Made by a program: the position numbers and the translations under genes. This document shows positions 10,514-20,664 of a stretch of DNA of 48,057 bases, piece after piece. Each line of letters begins with the position of its first letter. Position 1 is the stretch's first letter. The notes beneath the pieces are model-generated. The model saw nothing but the letters and a program-made list of their open reading frames with translations, made no database searches and was not told where the DNA came from. Source of the DNA: Candidatus Hodarchaeota archaeon. GTDB lineage: Archaea; Asgardarchaeota; Heimdallarchaeia; Hodarchaeales; Hodarchaeaceae. The stretch is from assembly GCA_016839815.1 (NCBI GenBank), contig JAEOTM010000172.1, positions 1 to 48,057 of the forward strand, given 5' to 3'.

Positions 10514-10792
10514 GTTAACAGAAATGTATGTAGTTAAACCCTGTTAACACATTCAAAATCATCTCTCCTTTGAAATATAGAATCGGTTTAAATAAGTAAT
10601 TATCTCACAAGGATAAATTATTTTCAAAATCAAGGAAAATTTCCAAGTATAAAGTATATTTTTTGTAATTTTAGTGCATTTAGATTTGTTAGAAAGATTT
10701 TTAAAGTAAGTCAAACATATGTTATACAGAGTTAACAAGCCAATCAAAACCCGATTGTTAACATATTGTTGTACGAAGTTAACGGAGTTAAT
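10514..10792. promoter_or_regulatory. Cluster of phased GTTAAC boxes (putative RHH operator array)
   Basis: GTTAAC at 10514, 10543, 10731, 10757 and 10778; degenerate boxes at 10533, 10721, 10768 and 10787, spaced 9-11 bp from perfect boxes. Confidence 0.55.
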
Positions 10793-10800
10793 GAGTTTTC

Positions 10801-11001
10801 ATGTTTAATCCAGCAAAAAAGCATTTAGACGAACTGTATCAGTTTGATCCTGCTTCTTATATTGATATGGCGAGAAAGGTTGTTGCAGAGCATGAAAAAG
10901 TGCAAGAATCGGTCGAAGTGATATTATCTAAAGCTCAACCCATGAATTCTCAGAATGTTAAGGATTTGTATGCCAAATTGACAATAAATCGTATATTGTG
11001 A
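10801..11001 (+). CDS. Hypothetical small protein (MFNPAKK...)
   Basis: 66-aa ORF directly after the operator cluster and co-oriented with the next gene. Confidence 0.6.
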   Translation: MFNPAKKHLDELYQFDPASYIDMARKVVAEHEKVQESVEVILSKAQPMNSQNVKDLYAKLTINRIL

Positions 11002-11033
11002 AGTATAACAGTCACTAAGAATGTAATAGTGGA

Positions 11034-12026
11034 ATGAAGTGTATGTTTAATCCAAATAAGAAAGACAGAAAGTTTATTGACGACGAAGATGACGATGATG
11101 AGGAATATCTTGAATCAGTGGGAGAAAATTGGTCCGAAGAAGAAGACGAAGAAGTAGATGATGAACCCATAATTGTAGAAAATGGTATTGATCCTGTTGA
11201 AGTTATAAGAGAAGCTCGTTTACATGCTCGTGAGGCAGCGAGACAAGCTAGAGAAGAAATGCGAGTCAGACGTGAGCGTAGAGCTCATCGAATTGCTAGA
11301 GCTTCAATTCCCCCTCTACCACCTGTCCCACCATTACCTCCTCTTCCTCCTGATTTTGTAATCTTAAAATCCAACAAGGTCATTGGTATTCGTGGGTTAG
11401 ATGCCCGATTATACAAGGATATTAGTAAGATTGCTCGGAAAAATGGATTAAGTGTTGCCGAACTGATTAATCGATTATTTGCGAAATATCGATATGATTC
11501 TTCCGGAGAAAATGGTAATACAATTAGTAACATTACTTCTCTGGAATTACATGAGGATGAACTTGTTTCTCTGGAGGATGATGTTATCAATATTATCGGG
11601 GTCAAAAAACTCCTTCTAGGACCAGATATCACTCCAGCTACTTTTCAAAAAATAAAACGAATAGAAACTGTTAATCAAATCTGGGTACCTTCACACCTTT
11701 ATCTTCTCTTACTAAAAAAGGTTAAAAATTGTCCTAAAATTGAAAAATATAAAGGTGAGCGTCTTCCCCAAGTTATTCAAAAGAGTATTGATTCCGACGT
11801 TCATATGACAAGTTCTTTTCTTGAATATTTCTTGGAAAATGATCAACAAGTGGATCTTAAAATCTATGGAGAGTTAAGAATAGATTCTGATATTTCTCTT
11901 CAGGACTTTAAGGATGTAATTTACAACCTAGAAGTTGATGGAGACATTCATGCTCCTAAACACTTAATTGGTATTCTTTTTGCTAAAGCGAAATGTTTTG
12001 GAGAAATTGAGGAAACACGAGATTAA
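11034..12026 (+). CDS. Protein with acidic/Arg-coiled/poly-Pro N-terminus, RHH-like domain and two repeated beta-rich domains
   Basis: RHH pattern 'KVIGIRGLDARLYKDISKIARKNGLSVAELINRLF'; internal repeat 'LLLGPDITPATF' / 'LRIDSDISLQDF'; likely start 11043. Confidence 0.7.
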   Translation: MKCMFNPNKKDRKFIDDEDDDDEEYLESVGENWSEEEDEEVDDEPIIVENGIDPVEVIREARLHAREAARQAREEMRVRRERRAHRIARASIPPLPPVPPLPPLPPDFVILKSNKVIGIRGLDARLYKDISKIARKNGLSVAELINRLFAKYRYDSSGENGNTISNITSLELHEDELVSLEDDVINIIGVKKLLLGPDITPATFQKIKRIETVNQIWVPSHLYLLLLKKVKNCPKIEKYKGERLPQVIQKSIDSDVHMTSSFLEYFLENDQQVDLKIYGELRIDSDISLQDFKDVIYNLEVDGDIHAPKHLIGILFAKAKCFGEIEETRD

Positions 12027-13039
12027 GCTTTTAGTTCATCTAGATTATCAGGTGTAATCTCACGTTCTCCCCTCTCGATTTCTTTTACCATCGCAGTTAT
12101 CTGCGTATTAATAGGAGTTTGTATGTCTAAATCTTTCGCTTTTCGTGCAATATAGCCATTAATGAAATCAATTTCTGATTTTTGTCCCCGTTTTAATGAC
12201 CTGAGCGTTGAAGATTTTACAGAACGATAGGGTTGAAAGATTGTTTTGAGTAGTTTATGTTTTTCCTGAAATTCAGCCTCAGAATGATCCGCGGTTAAAG
12301 CTAGATCTTGTGGATGGTAGTGTTCATTTAACTGGATGACTTTAATGTTTTCTTTGTCCGCAATTGCGAATACTTCGCGCATAATCCCCATAAATAATCG
12401 TGAATATCGTTCATCATCTACAATTTCCCCAATTGTATATCCACTGAGAGCTCCAAGTCCATTAATTCCTGCATTTATTCCTAGTTTTGCATATAGTGCC
12501 CCAAATATATTAGGGGTAATACTAGTAGGCAATAAATAGTCAAGTAATCCTTTTACTTCCTGCAGTCGGTGTTGGTTTCTTTGTGCACCCAAAGAACCAA
12601 TAAAGAATACTCCATCTGAAGAACGTTCAATCACTCCTGGAGCAACCATTTTTGAAGCCCAAGCGACTACTGCTCCTATCACTCTATGTGGCATGACAAT
12701 TTGCGCAACATCTTCCTCTACTACCCCATTTTGAAGAGTTACTACAACACTATTAGCAAAGAGGTAAGGTAATATTGCTTCTGCGGCAGTACATGTATCC
12801 ATAGCCTTCATAGCAAGAAAAACGATATCAAACTTCCCCTGTAGTTGATTGATGTCAGAAACAGCAATCATCTTAACATATCGCTCTTCTTCCACCCCTT
12901 GTAGTTTTAATCCCTTTGTTTGGATGAGATCAGCAACTTCAGGATATTTCGTAACAACTGTGAGATCTATTTTGTGCTCCGCAATATGAGCAGCAATCGG
13001 CCCACCTATTGCTCCTACTCCGATTATGGCAACTCTCAT
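12023..13039 (-). CDS. panE: 2-dehydropantoate 2-reductase (ketopantoate reductase family)
   Basis: GVGAIG Rossmann motif, 'LQNG', 'KLGINAGIN', 'SEIDFINGYI'. Confidence 0.88.
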   Translation of the reverse strand: MRVAIIGVGAIGGPIAAHIAEHKIDLTVVTKYPEVADLIQTKGLKLQGVEEERYVKMIAVSDINQLQGKFDIVFLAMKAMDTCTAAEAILPYLFANSVVVTLQNGVVEEDVAQIVMPHRVIGAVVAWASKMVAPGVIERSSDGVFFIGSLGAQRNQHRLQEVKGLLDYLLPTSITPNIFGALYAKLGINAGINGLGALSGYTIGEIVDDERYSRLFMGIMREVFAIADKENIKVIQLNEHYHPQDLALTADHSEAEFQEKHKLLKTIFQPYRSVKSSTLRSLKRGQKSEIDFINGYIARKAKDLDIQTPINTQITAMVKEIERGEREITPDNLDELKA

Positions 13040-13048
13040 ACCTATCTC

Positions 13049-15262
13049 TCATTGTAAAAAGACTTTGGAAATTTCTTCATTTAATGCATCATTTACTTTA
13101 TCAGACCGTCCTGTAGATCGAATTTTGGTGATTTCCTCCCATAAGGTAGAATCATGCACAGCTTCAATAAATTTTTCTAATTTCTGCATGGCAGAATAGG
13201 ATTGTCCCTGAAAGACATATGCAAAAAGATATGGATCCACACTCTTCAACAAGAGTGTATTTTCTTCATGTTTAATACGTTCAATAGACCCACTTAGCGA
13301 AAAAGCTTCTTGCATAAACGCATTTATCGAAGTTAACAAGCCTCCTATCAGCTGATCTTGTAAAAATGACTCAGAGGGGAAAGTCTTAGAAAATAAACAT
13401 AATCCAGCTTCGTCTAGAATTAAAAGCATCATAGGATCTTCTTCAGGAAGATCGTCGTATTGCTTACCTTTACGTTCTAAGATAGCACTCATCATAGACT
13501 CAAGTTCTGCTAATTCATATCTCTCTGTAATCGATGCATCACGCTCAATAAAATCGTTCCACTTCGCAAGATCATTAAGCAGTGAGTCGAATTCATATGA
13601 AATTGATTGGGCTAGGCGATGTAACCCTTTGGTTTCTGCAATAATTTGAGCTTGACTCAATAATCGCTGACTTTCTTTTACATCAAGTTCAAGCAATGCG
13701 AGTTTTGATTGTAGACGGTAGATTTCAGCAAGATCAGAAAAACTCTTTTGGGATTCCGCAATCGTTATAATTTTATGTGAAAGTACTTTAATTTCTTTTA
13801 TTACATCCTCATTCCCAGTGGTTTGCAATTCAAATAGGAGAAGTTCAAATAAATGGAACATAGCTTCCACAGTTAGCTCATGGTCAATAATCTCCGATTC
13901 TACAATTTCTGTGAGTATTTGTTGAGCTTCTGCTTTGTGAACAGTACGCCCACTCATAATAAGGACTTGTGCTTTTGCATACTGATATCTTTGTTCAATA
14001 ACCTTGTTTTCTCCTCGTATCTCATTTAATTTCGCTAAATAATGTTCTGTGGAATCCTTGGATCCCGATTGAATATAATTTTGAATCATTAGAAGAAGAG
14101 TGCCTGAAATCTCTAGTGGATTTCCCAACTCTTTTTGGATAATTAGAGCTTTAGCTAGTTGAGCAGAAGTTTCTACAGTATCTCCCTTTTCACGATAAAT
14201 TATTCCTATATTGTGATAAGATGCTGCCATTTCATATTTATTATCTATCTCTTCGAAATATGTTAAACTCTTCTCATAATAGCCTAATGCGATATCTAGT
14301 TCTCCTTTTGCTTGGTATATATTTCCCATATTATTCTGACAAATAGCTACCTCGTTAGACCGGTCTAATTCTTGAAAAAGTGATAAACTCTTCTGAAAAT
14401 AATCTAATGCCAAGTCTAAATCACCCTTACTTTGGTTAATTAATCCTATATTCAGTAAGAGTGCTGCACTATACATTTTCTGGCCAGCTTTTTCACTTAA
14501 ACTCTGTCCACGAAGATAGTGCTGTAATGCTTCTTCTAGTTCACCTTGTTGCCATAATATTTGTCCTATATTATTATAAAGCTTTATTGAAGAGGAATTA
14601 TTCTTGAGTGTCTCGTATAGTGATAAACTTCTCTTAAAATACGTCAGTGCAAGATCTGAATTACCTTTCATTGCATTGTTGATACCTAGATCGTTATAAA
14701 GAGTAGCTTGTTCGTAATTATTTCCCAGTTCTTTGAGTTCGTCATATGCTTTACTCAGGTAAGTATTGGCCTCAGATAAATCCCCTTTTTTTCGTAAAAT
14801 TTTCCCAGAATAGTGTTGAATGATTGCACGATATTTTTTCTTATCATTTTTATTTAATCTTCGTGATTTCTTTAGTAATAACTCACTCTCACTGATTACT
14901 TGCTGACATTGGTCAAGATTTCCAAGTAAAAATAAGGAATTAATTTGTGCTCTAAGAGATTCGAATTTTAGTAAAGGATGATCTAATTGTTGACTTCTCT
15001 GTAATGCTCGAATTGATAATTGGAATCCCTCCTGTTTTTCTCCCATTTCATTAAGGATATTGCTTTTCAGTATCATGGTTTGAATTTGTTCATTTTCCGA
15101 AAAATCTTCTTTTAGTCGAGCTTTTTCAATGATTTGCAGAGCATCGTCATATTTTCCTTCGAAAAATAATGTTTCTGCTGTTTGTTGGTTAGGACTTAGG
15201 ACTAGTGTGTATTCAGGGCCTTTAAGACGATTGATTATTTGTTTAATGTACTGAGTAGGCAA
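13049..15262 (-). CDS. Tetratricopeptide-repeat protein with C-terminal longin/roadblock-like domain
   Basis: Several ~40-aa TPR units (e.g. 'NIGLINQSKGDLDLALDYFQKSL'); C-terminal 'LLILDEAGLCLFSKTF...DQLIGGLLTSINAFMQEAF...IERIKHEENTLLL'. Confidence 0.85.
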   Translation of the reverse strand: MPTQYIKQIINRLKGPEYTLVLSPNQQTAETLFFEGKYDDALQIIEKARLKEDFSENEQIQTMILKSNILNEMGEKQEGFQLSIRALQRSQQLDHPLLKFESLRAQINSLFLLGNLDQCQQVISESELLLKKSRRLNKNDKKKYRAIIQHYSGKILRKKGDLSEANTYLSKAYDELKELGNNYEQATLYNDLGINNAMKGNSDLALTYFKRSLSLYETLKNNSSSIKLYNNIGQILWQQGELEEALQHYLRGQSLSEKAGQKMYSAALLLNIGLINQSKGDLDLALDYFQKSLSLFQELDRSNEVAICQNNMGNIYQAKGELDIALGYYEKSLTYFEEIDNKYEMAASYHNIGIIYREKGDTVETSAQLAKALIIQKELGNPLEISGTLLLMIQNYIQSGSKDSTEHYLAKLNEIRGENKVIEQRYQYAKAQVLIMSGRTVHKAEAQQILTEIVESEIIDHELTVEAMFHLFELLLFELQTTGNEDVIKEIKVLSHKIITIAESQKSFSDLAEIYRLQSKLALLELDVKESQRLLSQAQIIAETKGLHRLAQSISYEFDSLLNDLAKWNDFIERDASITERYELAELESMMSAILERKGKQYDDLPEEDPMMLLILDEAGLCLFSKTFPSESFLQDQLIGGLLTSINAFMQEAFSLSGSIERIKHEENTLLLKSVDPYLFAYVFQGQSYSAMQKLEKFIEAVHDSTLWEEITKIRSTGRSDKVNDALNEEISKVFLQ

Positions 15263-15346
15263 TCTTAGAATCCTCTAAGCGATTTAATAGTATCTAGGAA
15301 ACTGTATTGATTATTATTCCCTTTCAGCCTAGAAATACGTTTCTTA

Positions 15347-15385
15347 ATAAAAAAATTTGTGTAGACGACTCTTATCAGAGTCGTC
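15347..15385 (-). terminator. Hairpin plus U-tract downstream of the 1055-aa gene
   Basis: Perfect 9-bp stem GACGACTCT-TATC-AGAGTCGTC (15364-15385), followed on the minus strand by a T run. Confidence 0.5.
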
Positions 15386-15413
15386 CTGAATTTTGCATGA
15401 GTTGTTGTGTTGC

Positions 15414-18400
15414 TTAGAAGCTTTTTCTTTTTTTCCTGCTAAGAAGAATGGCTAATCCAAGGAAGGCGACAATGTAAGACCAACTTGGTGAGATCTGAGG
15501 AGTTGTTTGACTTTCATCAGTTGTTTTTGTCGTTGTTGTAGTTTCAATCACTTCATTCTTTATAGTGAAGACATCATTTGACGTATCGAATGTACTGAAT
15601 CCATTGAGATCGACTGCTGTAACTTTAATCAAATAATTGACCCCATTACCTACTGTAGTCGTATCCCACATGTATTGCACGCGTGTTGTATTATCTGCTG
15701 TTGTGATTATTTCATAGGTTGCCATAGGAATGTTTATCCAGCTGACACCAGCATCACTGGAGTAAAATAGCCAATACTTTACGGGATCCCCTTTTTCAGA
15801 GTAAACTTTCTCCCATTGGACTGCAACTGTCTTTTCAAGAACTTCTCCACCACTTGGATAAATAACTGTAGGTATAGACATGAAATATCCAGGGGGATTG
15901 ATTGGATTGTCGGCTGGATTCGCATCCACATTACCTGCTACTCCATCTATTGGATAGCTTCCTTCACCTATCCAGTCACTCCAATAATTGTGATCAAAGT
16001 CGTTATGTTGTCCATCATCTTTAGCTTGTGATCCTGGTTCAAGATTCTCTGGGTATTTATTCTCGAAGAAATCGTTACTACTAACTACAGTGTCTCCTGA
16101 GGCGGAGTCAATATTGACTCCATACAGCATATTCACTGATAGAACATTGTGGTAAATTTTCGTATTATCCGAATCAACTAAAAAGATTCCATTCCCAGTA
16201 TTACTAAAGATATTATTTCCTTCAATAATATTATAATCGGATGGATCCAAAAAGACACCATGACCATTTGTCACCGCTTGAAGTGAGAATTTCAAGAAAG
16301 GATATTCAGCTTGTCGTTTTTCACTTTCTGCACCATTTTCGAAAATTGTATTCAGCGTTATATTGTTTTCATTCGAGTCCTCCAGGGCTATACCATTTGC
16401 ATTTCCAGAGATCTCGTTATTTGAAACTTCTGTATGATCACTTAGATAAAGATGAACTCCATTGGCAACATTATTTTCGATAACGTTTTCACGTATAACG
16501 TTCTCAGAAGTAGGATCAAGGAATACACCATGGCCATTCGTAACTGCTCCAATTTTAAAAGAGATTTCTCCCCTAGTTATACTATAGAGGAGATCTGGAT
16601 CACCATTACTTGCTATATAGTTTCTAAGGACCAAATTATTGCTCGAACCTTCGAGAAATATACCATTTTCTAAATTATCGCGAATAGAATTATCATATAT
16701 TTCGTTCTGACTCGAATCAAGTAAATAGGTACCGCTTCCTGCATTTCCGTAAATTTGATTTTCAACTATCACATTCCCAATGCAAGGATCTAGAAATACT
16801 CCATGACCATTCGTAACGGCCTCAATAGAGAACTTTATCTCTGAAGAAAGAGGATTATTACTAATACCACTATTATTTGCTATCTCATTTTTTTCAATTG
16901 TATTGTAGTTTGAATCAAATAATACAATTCCATTTCCTTGATTCTCAAGGATATGGTTAAACATCACTATATTACCATTGGATAATCCAAACAGGATTCC
17001 ATCTCCGCCATTATTAGTTATCCAATTATCTCCAACATTCGTGTTATTAGTCGATATGAATACGATTCCTGTACGTTCATTGACTGAGATATCATTTCCA
17101 TAGATTTGGCCTCCTGCACTTACTACAGCATAAATACCATCTTGATTATTGGTAATATAATTCCCTGCAATAATACCGTCAAAATCTCTCACAAATATTC
17201 CTGCGCGAAATTCATCCGGGTAGGTATGCGTTATCCGTGAATTGTTATCTACCGAGTTATTCCCAATATAGAGATTTCTTATGGATCCCCATGCATGAAT
17301 CCCACTTTCCCAGTTTTCAATAATGTCATTGAAGGAGATCTCTGTGCTTGGAGAATTATGAATAACGATTCCTTCAGCCCGAGAATAAAAAATGCCATTG
17401 CCAAAAAGCTCGTTCGATGAAGAGTTGTCAATAAAGATACCAACGGAATTATTAAAAATATTATTGGAATAGAATTGATTTCCCACAGAGAGAGCAGAAA
17501 TAAGAATGCCATCCCAATCATTATCGAAAATTTCATTGTTTTCAACAAAATTGTTCATCGACGAATAAAAGTGAATTCCGTCTTCCCTATTCCCATAAAT
17601 TACATTTTTCGTAATTGAATTCTCGTTTGTAAATTCTACACGTATACCACGATATCTACATTCATAGATAGTATTGTTATTAATAGTAGCATATGTATTG
17701 GTGGATGGCATTCCCCAATATCCAAGAGTTATTCCATTTCCATTGTATTGATAACCAATGATGTTATTGGTAACTACACTAGAATAAGATCCTTCAAGAT
17801 TGATACCACCCCATCCTTCATTACCAGTAAGGGTATTACCTGAGATAGTGGTTGCATTGCATGCACTGGAAATATAAATTCCGTTTCCGACAACACCCCA
17901 GATATCATTGTAAAAGATGTTTACTCCTCCAGATGCCCAAATATTTATTCCATCAAGGGAGGTATTTAACACCTCATTTCGATAAATATCATTGAAGTGA
18001 GCTCCTTCTAGATAAACGCCTGTTTCTACATTTAGGATATGGTTATCAATCACTAACCCATTTGTGACATTTTGTAGGAATACTGCGTTATAAGATCTAT
18101 TGATTCCATTAAGATAATTATCGCGAATCTGAAAATAAACATCTGTATTCCTGATATAGATAAGATGTGTATGGGAGGCTGTGATACTCAGATTTACAAT
18201 CATATATGGATCAGATAAAGTCCCTCGACCTGTAAAATTGTAAGCCATAAAATCCGCATTTCCGTCAATTTGGATGATAACATGGGGAACATATTGAGTA
18301 GCAGACACTAAAAACGTAGGATATGGTATATCACTAACAGACCTTAACGGTTTTGAATCTCTTTGTAATATATTTTCAGGCTCCCAATCATTTCTTTCAT

Positions 18401-18581
18401 AAGAAATATAATTGGTATTTAATTCAGTAGACGTATCCATTAGATCATAAGACGAAGCTAAGGGAGACATAGTCTCTGATTCAGAAATTCTTGGAAAATT
18501 TCCGTTTATTTGCGTAAAAAATCCAAGATTAAATACGAACAGTAAAAAAATTAATAGAAATTTTGTTTTGTTTAATTTCAT
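15414..18581 (-). CDS. Cell-surface right-handed parallel beta-helix (NosD/CASH-like) protein with Ig-like domain and C-terminal sorting anchor
   Basis: Signal peptide, many 'N.I..N...GI.L' repeats, 'NYWSDW...YPIDG...D..P', Thr-rich linker, then 'SPSW', TM and basic tail. Confidence 0.88.
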   Translation of the reverse strand: MKLNKTKFLLIFLLFVFNLGFFTQINGNFPRISESETMSPLASSYDLMDTSTELNTNYISYERNDWEPENILQRDSKPLRSVSDIPYPTFLVSATQYVPHVIIQIDGNADFMAYNFTGRGTLSDPYMIVNLSITASHTHLIYIRNTDVYFQIRDNYLNGINRSYNAVFLQNVTNGLVIDNHILNVETGVYLEGAHFNDIYRNEVLNTSLDGINIWASGGVNIFYNDIWGVVGNGIYISSACNATTISGNTLTGNEGWGGINLEGSYSSVVTNNIIGYQYNGNGITLGYWGMPSTNTYATINNNTIYECRYRGIRVEFTNENSITKNVIYGNREDGIHFYSSMNNFVENNEIFDNDWDGILISALSVGNQFYSNNIFNNSVGIFIDNSSSNELFGNGIFYSRAEGIVIHNSPSTEISFNDIIENWESGIHAWGSIRNLYIGNNSVDNNSRITHTYPDEFRAGIFVRDFDGIIAGNYITNNQDGIYAVVSAGGQIYGNDISVNERTGIVFISTNNTNVGDNWITNNGGDGILFGLSNGNIVMFNHILENQGNGIVLFDSNYNTIEKNEIANNSGISNNPLSSEIKFSIEAVTNGHGVFLDPCIGNVIVENQIYGNAGSGTYLLDSSQNEIYDNSIRDNLENGIFLEGSSNNLVLRNYIASNGDPDLLYSITRGEISFKIGAVTNGHGVFLDPTSENVIRENVIENNVANGVHLYLSDHTEVSNNEISGNANGIALEDSNENNITLNTIFENGAESEKRQAEYPFLKFSLQAVTNGHGVFLDPSDYNIIEGNNIFSNTGNGIFLVDSDNTKIYHNVLSVNMLYGVNIDSASGDTVVSSNDFFENKYPENLEPGSQAKDDGQHNDFDHNYWSDWIGEGSYPIDGVAGNVDANPADNPINPPGYFMSIPTVIYPSGGEVLEKTVAVQWEKVYSEKGDPVKYWLFYSSDAGVSWINIPMATYEIITTADNTTRVQYMWDTTTVGNGVNYLIKVTAVDLNGFSTFDTSNDVFTIKNEVIETTTTTKTTDESQTTPQISPSWSYIVAFLGLAILLSRKKRKSF

Positions 18582-18840
18582 TAGTATTCTCTCGTTTGTT
18601 TGAATATTAAATAAGAACTTAAATAGCCGACAAATTACTCTTTATACTGAAAAATCATTTTTAACTATTACTGAATCACAATTCAGCAATTAAAGCAAAA
18701 ATATTCGAATCTAATAACGTAAATTTCTCTTTTTGAATTCTGCGGAGAATCAATTCAGAATTATTTATATCAAATCCCATCTATGACATCTTAACTTGGA
18801 TTTGCGCTTATTAAATCCTCGATTTATGGGTTGAACAAAA

Positions 18841-20622
18841 ATGAAACACAACAAGTTGTTATTGACAATTCTTTTCTTTGGAGTTGCAATATCTTTCATC
18901 TCTATCAATCCAGCTTCAACTACTGTATCGATTGTACCTGACGGCTATCTTGAAGTATATCTCTATCAAGGTCACCATGCAGCAGTAGGGGAAACTGGAG
19001 TAATGGGATTCGATATTTATTCCAATTTCAATGTAACGATGCATGTCAATATCTCCCTTATCATCATGACCCCCAGTGATCGGTTAGTCACTATTTACAG
19101 TCAGCCAGCTGCACTATCTCCTTGGAGTAATTTTTATGATGAAGCAGGCTATACTTTTACTGAAACGGGTTACTATGAAGTCGCTCTCTTTGTCTATGAT
19201 GAATATGGTCAAGAATGGAAAGCTGATTGCTGGTGGGAAGTATCAGATCCTTGGATGGATCTCTGGATTTCCCAAGACAATTATGCATCCGTCGGTGACA
19301 TGGGATATATGGCCATTGATATATATTCACATTTTACTGTGAATATGAGTGTATCGGCAAAAGTAGTTATCAAGAAACCTGATAATAGTGAAGTAATTCT
19401 ATATGATAATCCTTCAGTCTTCATCCCAGCATTTGGTTATTGGACTGACGATGTCTATTATAATTTCTCAATGCCAGGATATTATGATGTAATCTTTTCA
19501 ATTTCTGATGGTTATTCTTACTGGGAAACTCACTGCTGGTGGGAAGTATTTGAAGAGCAGGAATACCTTGCTTTATGGATTTACCAAGATTTTCACCGAA
19601 TGGTTGGCGAACACGGCTGGATGGACTTTAATGTTGAGAACCGCTTCTCTGTTAACAAAACAGTCAATATATTGATATTGATGCTTAGATCTGATTATGA
19701 AGAAGTCTTAATTAATGAAACAGTAATGATAGAGGCTGGTATGACATGGTTCCAGTATATCGAATACTTATTTGTAGAACCTGGCTACTATGATGTTGCT
19801 CTCTTAGTCACAGATCATGATACAGGTCGAGTTTGGGAATTCTGGTGCTGGTGGGAAGTCAACGATGGCTCCACTGGTGGTTATGATCTTTTCATTGATC
19901 AAGATTACAATGCAAAAGTTGGCGAAACCAGATGGATGCATTTCAAAGCCCAAAGCAATTTCGCTCATGATATGCCCAGTGTAATCATCAAGATTCGCAT
20001 GGAAGATCCAACAGGTTACACTGAATTATTACTAGAGGTTGATGTTCCTATCAATGCTTATGGTATCTGGGAGTTTGATTTGAATTATACATTTACTAAG
20101 GTAGGTATGTATATCGTTCATTTCGAGCTTTATGATGATATCGGAAGTGAATGGTATACCAGTTGCGAATGGAATGTTTCTGAAGCTGGTCCAAGTATTT
20201 CTGTTTATGGGCCTGACGCTGTAGATGTCAACGAAACATTTGTCATTGAAGGACAAGTCTATTCAGGTATGGAAGATGAGCTTCATATCAAAAAAATTAG
20301 TTTATTATGGCTAAATGGCACGCTAATTGAGCTGATAGATGTCAATCAAACATTCCCTGTTGATAGTTTCTTCGATGTGCACTTCAATCTAACAATCCCG
20401 ATTGAAGGTGAATTTACTTTCCGTATTAAAGCAGATACCAATAAAGGTCTGTTAGAAACAAAGTACTCCGTTAAGGTAGGAATCATTGATGATAACACAG
20501 ATGATAAAACTGATCCTGAAAACAAGGATACTACTCCTACATTAACTCCTGGTTTTGAAAGCATCTTTGGAATTCTTGCTCTTACTATTGCGATTCCTAT
20601 AATTAGGAAATCGCGAAAATAA
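18841..20622 (+). CDS. PGF-CTERM surface protein with four ~105-aa Ig-like repeats
   Basis: Signal peptide; repeats end in CWWEV/CEWNV; C-terminal 'TPGFESIFGILALTIAIPIIRKSRK'. Confidence 0.85.
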   Translation: MKHNKLLLTILFFGVAISFISINPASTTVSIVPDGYLEVYLYQGHHAAVGETGVMGFDIYSNFNVTMHVNISLIIMTPSDRLVTIYSQPAALSPWSNFYDEAGYTFTETGYYEVALFVYDEYGQEWKADCWWEVSDPWMDLWISQDNYASVGDMGYMAIDIYSHFTVNMSVSAKVVIKKPDNSEVILYDNPSVFIPAFGYWTDDVYYNFSMPGYYDVIFSISDGYSYWETHCWWEVFEEQEYLALWIYQDFHRMVGEHGWMDFNVENRFSVNKTVNILILMLRSDYEEVLINETVMIEAGMTWFQYIEYLFVEPGYYDVALLVTDHDTGRVWEFWCWWEVNDGSTGGYDLFIDQDYNAKVGETRWMHFKAQSNFAHDMPSVIIKIRMEDPTGYTELLLEVDVPINAYGIWEFDLNYTFTKVGMYIVHFELYDDIGSEWYTSCEWNVSEAGPSISVYGPDAVDVNETFVIEGQVYSGMEDELHIKKISLLWLNGTLIELIDVNQTFPVDSFFDVHFNLTIPIEGEFTFRIKADTNKGLLETKYSVKVGIIDDNTDDKTDPENKDTTPTLTPGFESIFGILALTIAIPIIRKSRK

Positions 20623-20664
20623 GAGTCTTCCTCCCTCTTTTTCTTTTTTAAAGATTACTAAGAA

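Noticed and set aside
10514-10792. Repeat cluster as a CRISPR array or replication origin
   Set aside because: Repeats are only 6 bp with no repeat-spacer structure; no cas or cdc6/orc gene and no recognisable ORB box
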